DNA of 64,000 nucleotides, from contig JBLIML010000004.1 in NCBI GenBank assembly GCA_047638675.1, forward strand, positions 1,360 through 65,359, in the 5' to 3' direction. A program made the translations under genes and the position numbers. The first letter of the stretch is position 1; the number at the start of each line of letters is the position of its first letter. Source of the stretch: Planctomycetota bacterium. GTDB taxonomy: Bacteria; Pseudomonadota; Gammaproteobacteria; Eutrophobiales; Eutrophobiaceae. Under the pieces are notes generated by a model. That model was not told where the DNA came from. It worked only from the letters and a program-made list of their open reading frames with translations, and ran no database searches. Of this stretch, positions 26,360 through 36,098 are shown in pieces.

Positions 26360-28495
26360 ATGCCTCATAAGCTAGATTCATTGTTGCGACCCCGGTCTAT
26401 TGCGGTAGTGGGTGCAAGCCGACGTGATGGCGTTGTTGGCAATATGATTCTGAAGAATCTATTAAGAGGAGAGTATCCAGGTAATCTCTATGCAGTTAAC
26501 CCCGGCTATAACGAAGTAGAGGGGCTTGCCTGTTTCCCATCACTTTCTGAATTACCTGAAGCGGTTGAGCACGTAATTTTTGCCGTCAATGATGAGCGCA
26601 TTGAAAATGCACTTGATTCGGCAATAGCGCATGGAATTAAAGCTGGCACAATTTTCTCATCACTAATTCTCGCAAATGATACCTCACCTTTATTGAAAGA
26701 GAGGATATATAAAAAAGCGAAGGAGGCAAATTTGTTACTCTGCGGTGCCAATGGAATGGGTTACTACAACTTTACCGAGAGTATTTGGGCCTGCGGATTT
26801 GACACCCGCTGTCACCGTAAACAGGGTAATGTGACGTTAATCAGCCAGTCTGGTGCGGGTATGTCGGGAATTCTGGATGTAGATGAACGACTCGATTTTA
26901 ATTTTGCCGTATCTACCGGTCAGGAATTGATGGTGTCAGCGGAAGACTATCTTGATTACGCTTTGGATCAAAAGGAGACGCGTGTCATCGGCTTCTTTAT
27001 GGAAACCAGCCGTAGCCCTGATAAGCTCATTGCGGCTTTTGAAAAAGCCAATGAACGAAAAATCCCGATTGTCGTGATTAAAGTTGGACGCACGGCGCTT
27101 GCTTCAAAACTTGCTGTGTCTCATTCCGGTGCGATGGCAGGCGCTGACAATGTTTATAACGCGATTTTTGACCGTTATGGCGTGCAGCGAGTTGAGGACA
27201 TGGAAGAGCTTGCGACTACACTGATAATGTTTGCTCAACCACATTCAGTCGGCCCCGGAGGATTTGTTAGCCTTCATGATTCGGGCGGGGAGCGTCAATT
27301 GATTATTGACCTGGCTGATAAGGCGGATGTCACACTTGCCGATTTATCTGCCCAAACAATTCGCAAACTGGAAGGCTTGCTCGATCCTGGATTACCCGCG
27401 GTAAACCCGCTGGATGCATGGAGTGTAGGTGGCCCCGATTATGATAAAACAATGGCAGAATGTTTTGCTAGTTTGTTGTGTGATCCAGGCGCCGCTCTTG
27501 GCGCCGTTGTACATGACCGTGCGCCCTTCGGTCATATCTATCCGGAATACATTGGCTATTTACGCAGTGCGCACAAGGCCTCAGGTAAACCGGTTTTCCT
27601 GGTGTCGAACAGACAAGGCACAGGTGAGGATCCGATGGTGCTTGAATCCACCCGTGAGGGATTTCCAGTGCTTGACGGCGTTAGCGCTTTTCTGAGTGGC
27701 GTAAAGTGTCTGATGGCCTATCGGGACTTTCTTGAGCGGCCTCAGATGATTTTGCCCACTTTATCAAATGATACGATTAGCAGCTGGCGGACCAGATTTA
27801 GGGAAGGTCAGACAATTACAGAAAATGTGGCCAGTAGTTTTCTGGCAGCGTGCGGCCTGCCGATGAACAAATCAGTGTTGATTGAAACAGAGGCTGAGCT
27901 AGTAAACTCAATAGCAGAAGTCAGCTATCCTCTTGCCTTGAAAACAGCCAATCCAGAGATAAAGCATAAAACCGAACAAAAAGGGGTCATTCTTGATATC
28001 CAGAATGAGAAAGAATTATTGGAAGTCTATTCCGACATGTCATCGCGACTAGGTGGCAAAGTTCTTCTCTCGCCGATGATAGATTCGCCAGGCATTGAAA
28101 TGATACTGGGTATCGCCAGTGATGAGCAGTTTGGACCCATGATTGTAATGGGCTTTGGTGGGGTGTATACGGAAGTATTGGAGGACATAGTTATTCTCTT
28201 TCCTCCTTTTGATGCACAGTATGCTTTCCACAATCTTCGATGCTTGAGGATGAGGAAAATACTGGACGAAGTAAGAGGCAAGCCAGCATGGGATTTATCT
28301 GCATATTGTGAAGCCGCTGCTATTCTTTCCGTTGTCGCCCTTATGTTTAAAGATGAAATTATTGAACTGGATATTAACCCGGTGAAGGTTATGGAACATG
28401 GTTGCCTCGGATTAGATGCGCTTGTCGTCACAACAATCAAAGAGACAACTCGTCTTGCTGAATTACGGATGGAATCGAAAAACAGTTATGCTTGA
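26360..28495 (+). CDS. ADP-forming acyl-CoA synthetase (acetate-CoA ligase family; CoA-binding, ligase-CoA and ATP-grasp domains fused)
   Basis: 711 aa. PRSIAVVGASRR CoA-binding N-terminus, central SHSGAMAG phosphohistidine-loop-like segment, C-terminal ATP-grasp. Confidence 0.8.
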   Translation: MPHKLDSLLRPRSIAVVGASRRDGVVGNMILKNLLRGEYPGNLYAVNPGYNEVEGLACFPSLSELPEAVEHVIFAVNDERIENALDSAIAHGIKAGTIFSSLILANDTSPLLKERIYKKAKEANLLLCGANGMGYYNFTESIWACGFDTRCHRKQGNVTLISQSGAGMSGILDVDERLDFNFAVSTGQELMVSAEDYLDYALDQKETRVIGFFMETSRSPDKLIAAFEKANERKIPIVVIKVGRTALASKLAVSHSGAMAGADNVYNAIFDRYGVQRVEDMEELATTLIMFAQPHSVGPGGFVSLHDSGGERQLIIDLADKADVTLADLSAQTIRKLEGLLDPGLPAVNPLDAWSVGGPDYDKTMAECFASLLCDPGAALGAVVHDRAPFGHIYPEYIGYLRSAHKASGKPVFLVSNRQGTGEDPMVLESTREGFPVLDGVSAFLSGVKCLMAYRDFLERPQMILPTLSNDTISSWRTRFREGQTITENVASSFLAACGLPMNKSVLIETEAELVNSIAEVSYPLALKTANPEIKHKTEQKGVILDIQNEKELLEVYSDMSSRLGGKVLLSPMIDSPGIEMILGIASDEQFGPMIVMGFGGVYTEVLEDIVILFPPFDAQYAFHNLRCLRMRKILDEVRGKPAWDLSAYCEAAAILSVVALMFKDEIIELDINPVKVMEHGCLGLDALVVTTIKETTRLAELRMESKNSYA

Positions 28496-29321
28496 TAAGA
28501 ATAAATATCAGACAATAATTTACAAAACCGATGGGCCTGTCGCCACCTTAACACTTAATCGACCGGACAAGCTCAATGCTATCAACGCTCAGATGGTTAA
28601 GGAGTTAAACGAAGCGCTTGATGATGCCGAAAGCTGTGATCAAGTGCGCGCTATTATATTGTCTGGAGCTGGACGTGCGTTTTCGGCCGGATTTGATCTG
28701 ACTGCAGGCAACGACGGAAGCGCAGAATCTGATCTTGAGTTCTGGCGTCAGGAATTAAAACGCGATTTCGATATAATCATGCGTTTCTGGGATTGTCCGA
28801 AACCGACAATCGCCGCTGTTCATGGTTATTGTCTCGGCAGTTCGATGGAGATGGCCGTTGCCTGCGATATCACTATCTCATCAGAGGATTGCCTGTTTGG
28901 CGCACCGGAAGTTAAATTCGGTAGTGGCATCGTTGCATTGATTTTGCCATGGGTTATAGGCGTTAAAGCAGCGAAGGAACTTTTACTTACTGGCGATGAT
29001 AAAGTGACGGCAGTACGTGCTTTGTCACTAGGACTGATAAACCGGATCGTCGAGAATGTAGAACTTGAAGAGAGTGGCCTGTCGATTGCTCGCTCCATAG
29101 CAAATAACGACCGATTGGCGGTAAAGCTTACCAAGCAGGCAATAAACAGTAGTTGCGAAGCAATGGGAATGCGAGAGTCATTGTTGCAGGCGCTCGACGC
29201 GGACCTGATAATTGAAACCACGGAAACGCCAGAGTCAAAAGAATTTAACCAGATACTTAAACAACAAGGCGCCAGGGCAGCATTTGACTGGCGAAGCAAA
29301 AAAGTGAATAACGAAGAATAA
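28488..29321 (+). CDS. Enoyl-CoA hydratase/isomerase (crotonase) family protein
   Basis: LNRPDKLNA and GAGRAFSAGFDL oxyanion-hole motifs. The preferred start, ATG at 28488, overlaps the upstream stop by 8 nt. Confidence 0.85.
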   Translation: MLDKNKYQTIIYKTDGPVATLTLNRPDKLNAINAQMVKELNEALDDAESCDQVRAIILSGAGRAFSAGFDLTAGNDGSAESDLEFWRQELKRDFDIIMRFWDCPKPTIAAVHGYCLGSSMEMAVACDITISSEDCLFGAPEVKFGSGIVALILPWVIGVKAAKELLLTGDDKVTAVRALSLGLINRIVENVELEESGLSIARSIANNDRLAVKLTKQAINSSCEAMGMRESLLQALDADLIIETTETPESKEFNQILKQQGARAAFDWRSKKVNNEE

Positions 29322-29326
29322 TTATT

Positions 29327-30718
29327 ATGAAAATAGCAGATAGAGCAAGTGTCGAAGAATTGCAGGCTTTCCTGAAGAAAAATCCCGGGACAAAAATGAT
29401 TGAAGCTCTTATGGTCGACGTTAACGGCATGCTACGAGGCAAACGCATTGGCGTTAACGAATTTACGACTCTGTATGAAGAGGGTCTAAAGGCCTGTGGC
29501 TCAACGCCCTTTGTTGATAGTCGTGGTGAAATTGCCCTTGAAAATGGGCTTGGTACAAGGGATGGCGATCCCGACGTTATGAATTATGCCGTTAAAGATA
29601 CGCTGGTATCTGTTCCATGGCTCGATTCTCCCGTTGCTCAGGTGCTTACCTCACTGGCAAATTTTGATGGCTCACCTTATTATTCGGATCCCAGACACGT
29701 ATTACAAGGCACCTGCGAGAAACTTGTCGAATCGGGCTTTCATCCAGTCGTGGCAACTGAGTTTGAATTTTACTTACTCAAGGCAGGTAAGGGTATCGTA
29801 CCTGGACCGGAACTGGGTACTATTCCCGGCACCACACTGGAACAACAGGGTCTGCAATTCTCAAGCATGGAGGACTTGTGGGAAAGTGATCCTGTATTGA
29901 TGGATATACTGGCGTGCTGTGAAACGCAGGCTATACCTGCCACAACCGTCCTGTCCGAGTTCGCACCAGGTCAATTTGAAATCAATTTACAACACGTTAA
30001 GGATCCTTTGACTGCTTGCGATCATGGTGCAATGCTAAAACGTGCAATCAAAGGGACCACATTTAAACATGGACTTGGTGCCTCCTTCATGGCAAAACCT
30101 TTTGCTGAGTTTTCCGGCAGTGGCTTGCACATCCATGTGAGTTTATATGATGAGGATGGTAATAATGTCTTTGCAGATGACAACTCAAAGACAGTGCCGG
30201 CTTTATCCACGACAATTCGACATGCCATTGGCGGGCTACAACGCAGCATGGCAGATGCCATGGCCATATTTGCACCCAATGCTAATTCCTATCGTCGACT
30301 TCAGCCTAACTCCTTTGTACCCTTGTCGCCCCACTGGGGATATAACCATCGCGGCGTTGCCCTTCGCATACCTGTCAGCGATAGTCGTAATATGCGTATC
30401 GAACACAGGGTAGCGGGTGCAGACGCCAATCCCTACCTGGTCATGGCCGCTCTTTTGGCTGGAATTCATTATGGTATTTCTAATAAGTGTGAGCCAACGG
30501 AGATGATTGCTGAAGGGACACTGATTGAAAAGCAGGAGGTTACACTTCCTATTCGTTGGGAAGCGGCACTGCAGAAATTCAAAGATAGTGAAATTTTACC
30601 AATGTATCTGGGTGAAGAGTTTTGTCATGTTTTTGAAATTGCAAGACGCAGTGAAAGTGATCGCTTCCATGCACAGATTAGTAATCTTGATTACGAATGG
30701 TATTTACGTTCTGTTTGA
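29327..30718 (+). CDS. Glutamine synthetase-family gamma-glutamyl-amine synthetase (second paralogue)
   Basis: 463 aa GS catalytic domain (NANSYRRLQP, IEHRVAGADANPYL). Confidence 0.8.
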   Translation: MKIADRASVEELQAFLKKNPGTKMIEALMVDVNGMLRGKRIGVNEFTTLYEEGLKACGSTPFVDSRGEIALENGLGTRDGDPDVMNYAVKDTLVSVPWLDSPVAQVLTSLANFDGSPYYSDPRHVLQGTCEKLVESGFHPVVATEFEFYLLKAGKGIVPGPELGTIPGTTLEQQGLQFSSMEDLWESDPVLMDILACCETQAIPATTVLSEFAPGQFEINLQHVKDPLTACDHGAMLKRAIKGTTFKHGLGASFMAKPFAEFSGSGLHIHVSLYDEDGNNVFADDNSKTVPALSTTIRHAIGGLQRSMADAMAIFAPNANSYRRLQPNSFVPLSPHWGYNHRGVALRIPVSDSRNMRIEHRVAGADANPYLVMAALLAGIHYGISNKCEPTEMIAEGTLIEKQEVTLPIRWEAALQKFKDSEILPMYLGEEFCHVFEIARRSESDRFHAQISNLDYEWYLRSV

Positions 30719-30796
30719 TTCTTGTGCGCGGACAGTTGGTTCAATTTGAACCATGCTGATCAATTTTAATAACTGAATCACTACTGTCTTTTTCTA

Positions 30797-31462
30797 ATGT
30801 CAAATCCAGGCTATATAGCCATCAAGGAATTTTGCGTCAATTCACCGAAGACGGATCCGAAAGGAATATTTCTCATGGCACATGGGGCCGGCAAGGGAAT
30901 GGCAAGTCCTTTTCTGGAGGCGATCGCCAATGGTGTTGTCGACGCAGGCGTCAGAGTCGTCCGGTTTCATTTCCCGTATATGGAAGACATGTTGCGGACT
31001 GGGATACAAAAAAAACCGAATGGCGGCAGACTTTTGCGGCAGACTTTTGCTGAATTGATTGAACATTGCGTAGAACACGAAAAAATGTCCCGCAACAAAA
31101 TAATAATTGGCGGCAAATCCATGGGCGCCAGGGTTGCATCCATGATTGCCGATGAACAAAAAGTCGCTGGCGTTATTTGTCTAAGCTATCCCTTTCATCC
31201 TCCGAAGAAACCTGAGCGAATACGCATAGATCATCTTCTTAATATCCAGACGCCTACGCTAATATGTCAGGGAGATCGCAATCCGAATGGCAAGCGGAAA
31301 TCGCTTGAAGAGTTAAGGCTATCTAAATCGATTCAGTTCCATTGGCTGGAAGATGGTGACAATAACTTCAAGCCGCGTAAAAAATCTGGCCGAACTCTGG
31401 ATGACAATATGACTGAGGCGATTATAAGTTGTAACGCGTTTATCAAAGGCTTATTAGAATAA
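30797..31462 (+). CDS. Alpha/beta hydrolase (dienelactone-hydrolase/KANL3-like)
   Basis: 221 aa. Nucleophile elbow GGKSMGARV. Typical alpha/beta length and order. Confidence 0.65.
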   Translation: MSNPGYIAIKEFCVNSPKTDPKGIFLMAHGAGKGMASPFLEAIANGVVDAGVRVVRFHFPYMEDMLRTGIQKKPNGGRLLRQTFAELIEHCVEHEKMSRNKIIIGGKSMGARVASMIADEQKVAGVICLSYPFHPPKKPERIRIDHLLNIQTPTLICQGDRNPNGKRKSLEELRLSKSIQFHWLEDGDNNFKPRKKSGRTLDDNMTEAIISCNAFIKGLLE

Positions 31463-31565
31463 TGGTAGTGTCTGTGATTTCTGGTGGCTTTAGTAACATT
31501 GCAGCAAGGCAAAGCATTAATGCTCTCCATGCTAGTTTTGCTAGCACCACCTTGTAGATGTAGAC

Positions 31566-33917
31566 TTATTTGAAATTCTTTCTGAAATTGATGCCAAAAG
31601 TCCGCGGTTGATTCACAGTCAATCTTTGTTTGGCCCATCGATTGCTGTAGAAGCCTTCGCCGCGTTCATCCCAAACATTGTCTACATAGATCGATGCGCT
31701 CCAGAGTTCCCCTTCGAGGCCAATTTTCAAATCACCCGTGGTATATGGGTCTTGATTCGATGGTGGCGTGGCGGAAATAGCAGCTTCAATACCGTTCAGA
31801 GAGTTTACTGACGCGCCAGTATAGGCAAGATCAAAGCTAACATAGGGTTGCGCACCAAAGACTTCTCGTTGAAAATTGTATTCAACGCCGAGCGCTCCTT
31901 TCCATTCTGGCGCAATCGGCAGGCGATCACCTTCATTCGCACTTACCACAACCGGAGTACCAAAAGTGGCGTCCGCAGAAACCTTCGCACTGTTATAAGC
32001 ACCCGAGCCGTATACATTCCAGCCTTCTGCCGGAAGCCAGGCAAAATCCATTTCAAAACCTCTGATTTCTGCCTCTGGAAAATTAGCAAAGAACACCTGG
32101 AAGAAAGGAGAGGGGTCTTCAACCTGTACAATGATGTTGTCCCACTTCATGATATACGCCGTCGCATTAACACGGAGTCTGCCATCGAGCCAGGTGGTCT
32201 TAGTTCCCCACTCGAGATTTTTCAATTTGTCCGAATCGAAATTACCAAACAAAGACAAAACCTGGGCGCTGGAGCCTGGCTTAAGACCATTGACGCCGCC
32301 AACGCGAAACCCCTGTGAATAGGTCATGTAAATCATTTTGTCATCGTTAATATGATAAGAAACGTTAACCTTCGGCACGAAACCGGTTTCCTGTGTGCTG
32401 TCCTGAGCATCTTTAAAGAAAAATCCGCCGCTCGTTAAACCCTGTGGTTGTTCCTGACGACGGTTAATATCCTGCTTATATTTGAACCATCTCCCACCAG
32501 CCGTAATAGACAGGTTCTCAGTAAAATCAAATGTAACTTCACCGAATATGGAAACCTGTTTTTCGGTATCGTCATAGAGTCCGAGGAAACCCACTGTGGT
32601 GGGGTTCTGAATAAATGAACCGGTATAGTAATACTGTAGATAATTGAAGTAGGTAAAAGCGGCCGTACCGAGCAAGTCATCCTGAGTAGCCGTAAATATT
32701 GCTTCTTCTTTTTGGTTGTTGTAGAAAAATCCCAGGAGCCCGTGCCATTTACTGTCTGAATCACTGGGTGTTGCGATACGCGCTTCTACAGACACGCGTC
32801 TATCATCGCCACCGAGGAAAGCATACGAACGTGGATCACCGCCAAAAGCATAGGATACATAACCGTAATTGATGTAGCCCTGATTCAGGTTAAAGTTATA
32901 GTCTGCAGCATCGGCATTATATTCAAATTTGCGTTTATAGTAGGAAACTGCGAGCACGGTATCGGCGAACCCCAGCTTTCCTTCCACAGACAAGGCAAAT
33001 TGATACCACTTGTCGGTGAAATTTTCGTCATTAAAGCGCACCTGTTCCAGGTCACCGACATCGAGGTTTACATCACTAAACGCATCGTGTTTCAACTCCT
33101 GGTAGATAGCGCTAACATCAACAGTCCAATTATCATTCGGTGTCCAGCGTACAGCAGCACGACCACCGGTGGTTGTTTGAGTATTAACGTCATCTTCAAC
33201 CAGATCGGCGTTGGTAAACGTCCCACCCTGACTCGTACCTAATACATTATCGATATAACCCGCTTCCTCCGCGCGAAAGCCAACCATGCGAATGGCCAAT
33301 TCATTTTCAATAATAGGGAAATTGAGCATCGCACTGACGTCATATCCAGCATCACCGTGGTCGACCTTAGAGCCAGAGACGTCGATCCAGCTATCAAATT
33401 CATTAGCATCAGGCTTGTTTGTTATTATACGCAGAGTACCTGATTGTGAACTGGCACCAAAGAGAGTGCCTTGAGGTCCACTGAGTGCTTCGACCCGCTC
33501 TATATCAATAAGGCGAGGATCCGGATTAAATCCACCTGAGGTAAGGGGTTGCTCATCCAGGTAGACTGAACTGGATGGAATACCGCCAAACTGTAGACCA
33601 GCAGAGGCAACACCTCTGAATACAACAGAGGTCCCGCCGGGCTCACGTCTTGCAAATGAAAGACCGGGGACAAACTTCGCGTAATCGTCAATTTCGGCTA
33701 ATCGTTTCTTTTGAATGGCATCAGTAGAAAAGGCCGTAATGGCTACCGGCAGATCCTGCAAAGTGGATTCACGCTTTGATGCCGTGACGATGACTTCTTC
33801 CAGCACGCTTTGAGCATTGGCAGATTGCATACCACCGACTATTGCCGAAATGGCATAAGCTAGTGCGCGTTTGTGACTTGGCAAATAAGAAGGAATTCTA
33901 TTGTCCTGGATGCTCAT
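31566..33917 (-). CDS. TonB-dependent receptor (copy 1)
   Basis: 783 aa. Signal peptide, plug (EEVIVTASKRESTLQDLPVAITAF), long beta-barrel with aromatic-rich strands. Confidence 0.9.
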   Translation of the reverse strand: MSIQDNRIPSYLPSHKRALAYAISAIVGGMQSANAQSVLEEVIVTASKRESTLQDLPVAITAFSTDAIQKKRLAEIDDYAKFVPGLSFARREPGGTSVVFRGVASAGLQFGGIPSSSVYLDEQPLTSGGFNPDPRLIDIERVEALSGPQGTLFGASSQSGTLRIITNKPDANEFDSWIDVSGSKVDHGDAGYDVSAMLNFPIIENELAIRMVGFRAEEAGYIDNVLGTSQGGTFTNADLVEDDVNTQTTTGGRAAVRWTPNDNWTVDVSAIYQELKHDAFSDVNLDVGDLEQVRFNDENFTDKWYQFALSVEGKLGFADTVLAVSYYKRKFEYNADAADYNFNLNQGYINYGYVSYAFGGDPRSYAFLGGDDRRVSVEARIATPSDSDSKWHGLLGFFYNNQKEEAIFTATQDDLLGTAAFTYFNYLQYYYTGSFIQNPTTVGFLGLYDDTEKQVSIFGEVTFDFTENLSITAGGRWFKYKQDINRRQEQPQGLTSGGFFFKDAQDSTQETGFVPKVNVSYHINDDKMIYMTYSQGFRVGGVNGLKPGSSAQVLSLFGNFDSDKLKNLEWGTKTTWLDGRLRVNATAYIMKWDNIIVQVEDPSPFFQVFFANFPEAEIRGFEMDFAWLPAEGWNVYGSGAYNSAKVSADATFGTPVVVSANEGDRLPIAPEWKGALGVEYNFQREVFGAQPYVSFDLAYTGASVNSLNGIEAAISATPPSNQDPYTTGDLKIGLEGELWSASIYVDNVWDERGEGFYSNRWAKQRLTVNQPRTFGINFRKNFK

Positions 33918-34171
33918 GGTTAATCTGCCCCTTGAATTTAGGATAGGCGTGGACGCTTTATGCCTGTATACGTAATATACTAACCGATGTTGTAATTATT
34001 ACCAAATGAGTTCTTTGCCAATAGTTTAAGTAATTTAACAACTTAACACGACATCTAGAACTTAATTCAACATAAGGTGTGGTATTAATACTACATATAG
34101 GAGATCACTTTACCTCAAACTGAAGTGCACGCGTATGTGAGCCAATTATTTTTAAATAGAAAGCCGTTTTT

Positions 34172-35119
34172 ATGACCATTCTTATCGCAACTTCTGTTGT
34201 CCGTGGCGCGCATCAAGGTGAAAGTCACGGCGGCGTGTATCTCGTTGATATTGAACACGAGCGGGTAGTTCAAACAATTGACTGGAATACTGCCAATATC
34301 GATTGGCAGGGTCGAGGTTGGGATAGAGGCTTACGAGGGATTGCTTTTGACGGTGACAGGGTATTTATAGCAGCGAGCGATGAATTGTTTGAATATACGC
34401 CGGACTTTAGTCTGGTGGCCTCTTACCGCAATAAGTATCTAAAACATTGCCATGAAATTTGTTGTCATAAACGACGTCTGTTTTTAAGCTCGACCGGCTT
34501 TGATTCCATACTCGGTTTTGACCTGGACAACAACCGGTTCTCCTTCGGACTGAGCCTGTCTGATTTGGGAAACGAATTTCGTGGCTCACCTTTTAACCCT
34601 GAATCCGATCAGGGGCCGCAAGCGCATAACAGTCTTCATGTTAACAATATCGTTTGTAATAGCGATGCTATGTATGTCAGTGGCCTTCGAACAAGGGGTT
34701 TACTGGAGTACACGGGCCAGCACATTAAAAAATTGATAGAGTTGCCAGAAGGCATTCATAATGCGCGACCCTACGAGGAAGGGATTTTGTTCAATGACAC
34801 TGAATCTGACGTCGTAAGATATGTCAGCAAAGCCGGGCAACATGCGTTTAAAATTCCGAGGTATGATGAACAGCAATTAACCCATAGGGAGCTCGGCGAT
34901 GACAGAATTGCGAGACAGGGCTTTGGTCGTGGCCTGTGCAATTTGGATGACGGGATTATCGCTACGGGATCTTCTCCGTCGACCATTACTTTGCATAACC
35001 TCCACACGCTTAAAACATTCAAACAGATAACTTTGTCTTTTGACATACGAAATTCAATACATGGACTGGAAGTCTGGCCTTATGATTTTATCTTTCCGGC
35101 ACAAACGAATGAAAGATAA
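34172..35119 (+). CDS. Hypothetical protein, possibly beta-propeller-like (tentatively TIGR03032/DUF4915-like)
   Basis: 315-aa ORF with clean boundaries and no catalytic motif I recognise. The family assignment is from memory only. Confidence 0.4.
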   Translation: MTILIATSVVRGAHQGESHGGVYLVDIEHERVVQTIDWNTANIDWQGRGWDRGLRGIAFDGDRVFIAASDELFEYTPDFSLVASYRNKYLKHCHEICCHKRRLFLSSTGFDSILGFDLDNNRFSFGLSLSDLGNEFRGSPFNPESDQGPQAHNSLHVNNIVCNSDAMYVSGLRTRGLLEYTGQHIKKLIELPEGIHNARPYEEGILFNDTESDVVRYVSKAGQHAFKIPRYDEQQLTHRELGDDRIARQGFGRGLCNLDDGIIATGSSPSTITLHNLHTLKTFKQITLSFDIRNSIHGLEVWPYDFIFPAQTNER

Positions 35120-35165
35120 ATCATCTGAACAAGCTAATCACGCTGAAAATTTTTGAGGAACGTAT

Positions 35166-36068
35166 ATGTTTAATTTTAAGGCATCAATAACGGCTATTAC
35201 CATGATCTTCCTTTGCCATACACAGGTAGCATGGTCACAAAATGCCCTGGTATTTCAAACTGATTTTGGTCTCGAAGAACCTGCTGTCGCCTCCATGAAA
35301 GGCGTCGCCTATGGCGTGTCCTCGGAACTGAAAATGTTTGACATCACTCATGAGATTCCGGTGTTTAATATTTGGGAGGCAGCTTATCGTCTGAATCAAA
35401 CGGCAAAGTACTGGCCAGGCGGCACGGTGTTCGTTTCTGTCGTTGACCCAGGTGTGGGCACGGAGAGAAAGTCAGTGGTACTAAAAACAAATTCGGGACA
35501 TTACTTTGTCAGTCCTGATAACGGCTCATTAACACTGGTCGCTGAAACTTTAGGCATTGCTGCAGTAAGGCAAATCGACGAAGTCGTGAACAGATTGAAG
35601 GGCTCGGAAAAATCCCACACCTTCCACGGTCGCGATGTCTATGCCTATACCGGCGCTCGTCTCGCATCAGGGAAAATTACCTTTGAGGAAGTTGGGCCTC
35701 TTCTGGAAAACAGGGTGCTTAGTATCGAGTACCTTAAGCCGCTTATCGGCAACGGCAAAATTGAAGGTAATATTCCCATACTGGATATTCACTATGGAAA
35801 TGTCTGGACCAATATCGATAACGAATTTTTCACTCAACTTGGGTTGAATATCGGCGATAAGGTATGGGTAAAAATATCGCGGGGTAATAAGCTGCTGTTT
35901 AAAGAGAAGGTTCGCTTTGTGAGTTCATTTGGCGGAGTGGCGCCTGGTGAGCCTGCGCTTTATGTGAATGACGTGTTGAATATTGGTATAGCCATCAACC
36001 AGGGTAATTTTGCTGAGCACTATGGCATCTTACCCGGCCCTGATACGAACATAGAAATTTGGAAGTAG
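35166..36068 (+). CDS. SAM hydroxide adenosyltransferase/chlorinase-fluorinase family (DUF62) protein with an N-terminal signal peptide
   Basis: FQTDFGLEEPAVASMKGV, VDPGVGTERK, VSPDNGSLTL and TFHGRDVYA fit DUF62. The N-terminus MFNFKASITAITMIFLCHTQVAWS-Q looks like a Sec signal. Confidence 0.78.
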   Translation: MFNFKASITAITMIFLCHTQVAWSQNALVFQTDFGLEEPAVASMKGVAYGVSSELKMFDITHEIPVFNIWEAAYRLNQTAKYWPGGTVFVSVVDPGVGTERKSVVLKTNSGHYFVSPDNGSLTLVAETLGIAAVRQIDEVVNRLKGSEKSHTFHGRDVYAYTGARLASGKITFEEVGPLLENRVLSIEYLKPLIGNGKIEGNIPILDIHYGNVWTNIDNEFFTQLGLNIGDKVWVKISRGNKLLFKEKVRFVSSFGGVAPGEPALYVNDVLNIGIAINQGNFAEHYGILPGPDTNIEIWK

Positions 36069-36098
36069 GGTTGTCAGGAAGGATATGACGATGCAAAC

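Noticed and set aside
30738-30752. The palindrome GGTTCAA-T-TTGAACC after the second GS-like gene as a terminator
   Set aside because: The 1-nt loop cannot fold as drawn and no T-run follows. It could be a protein site, but there is no supporting second copy.
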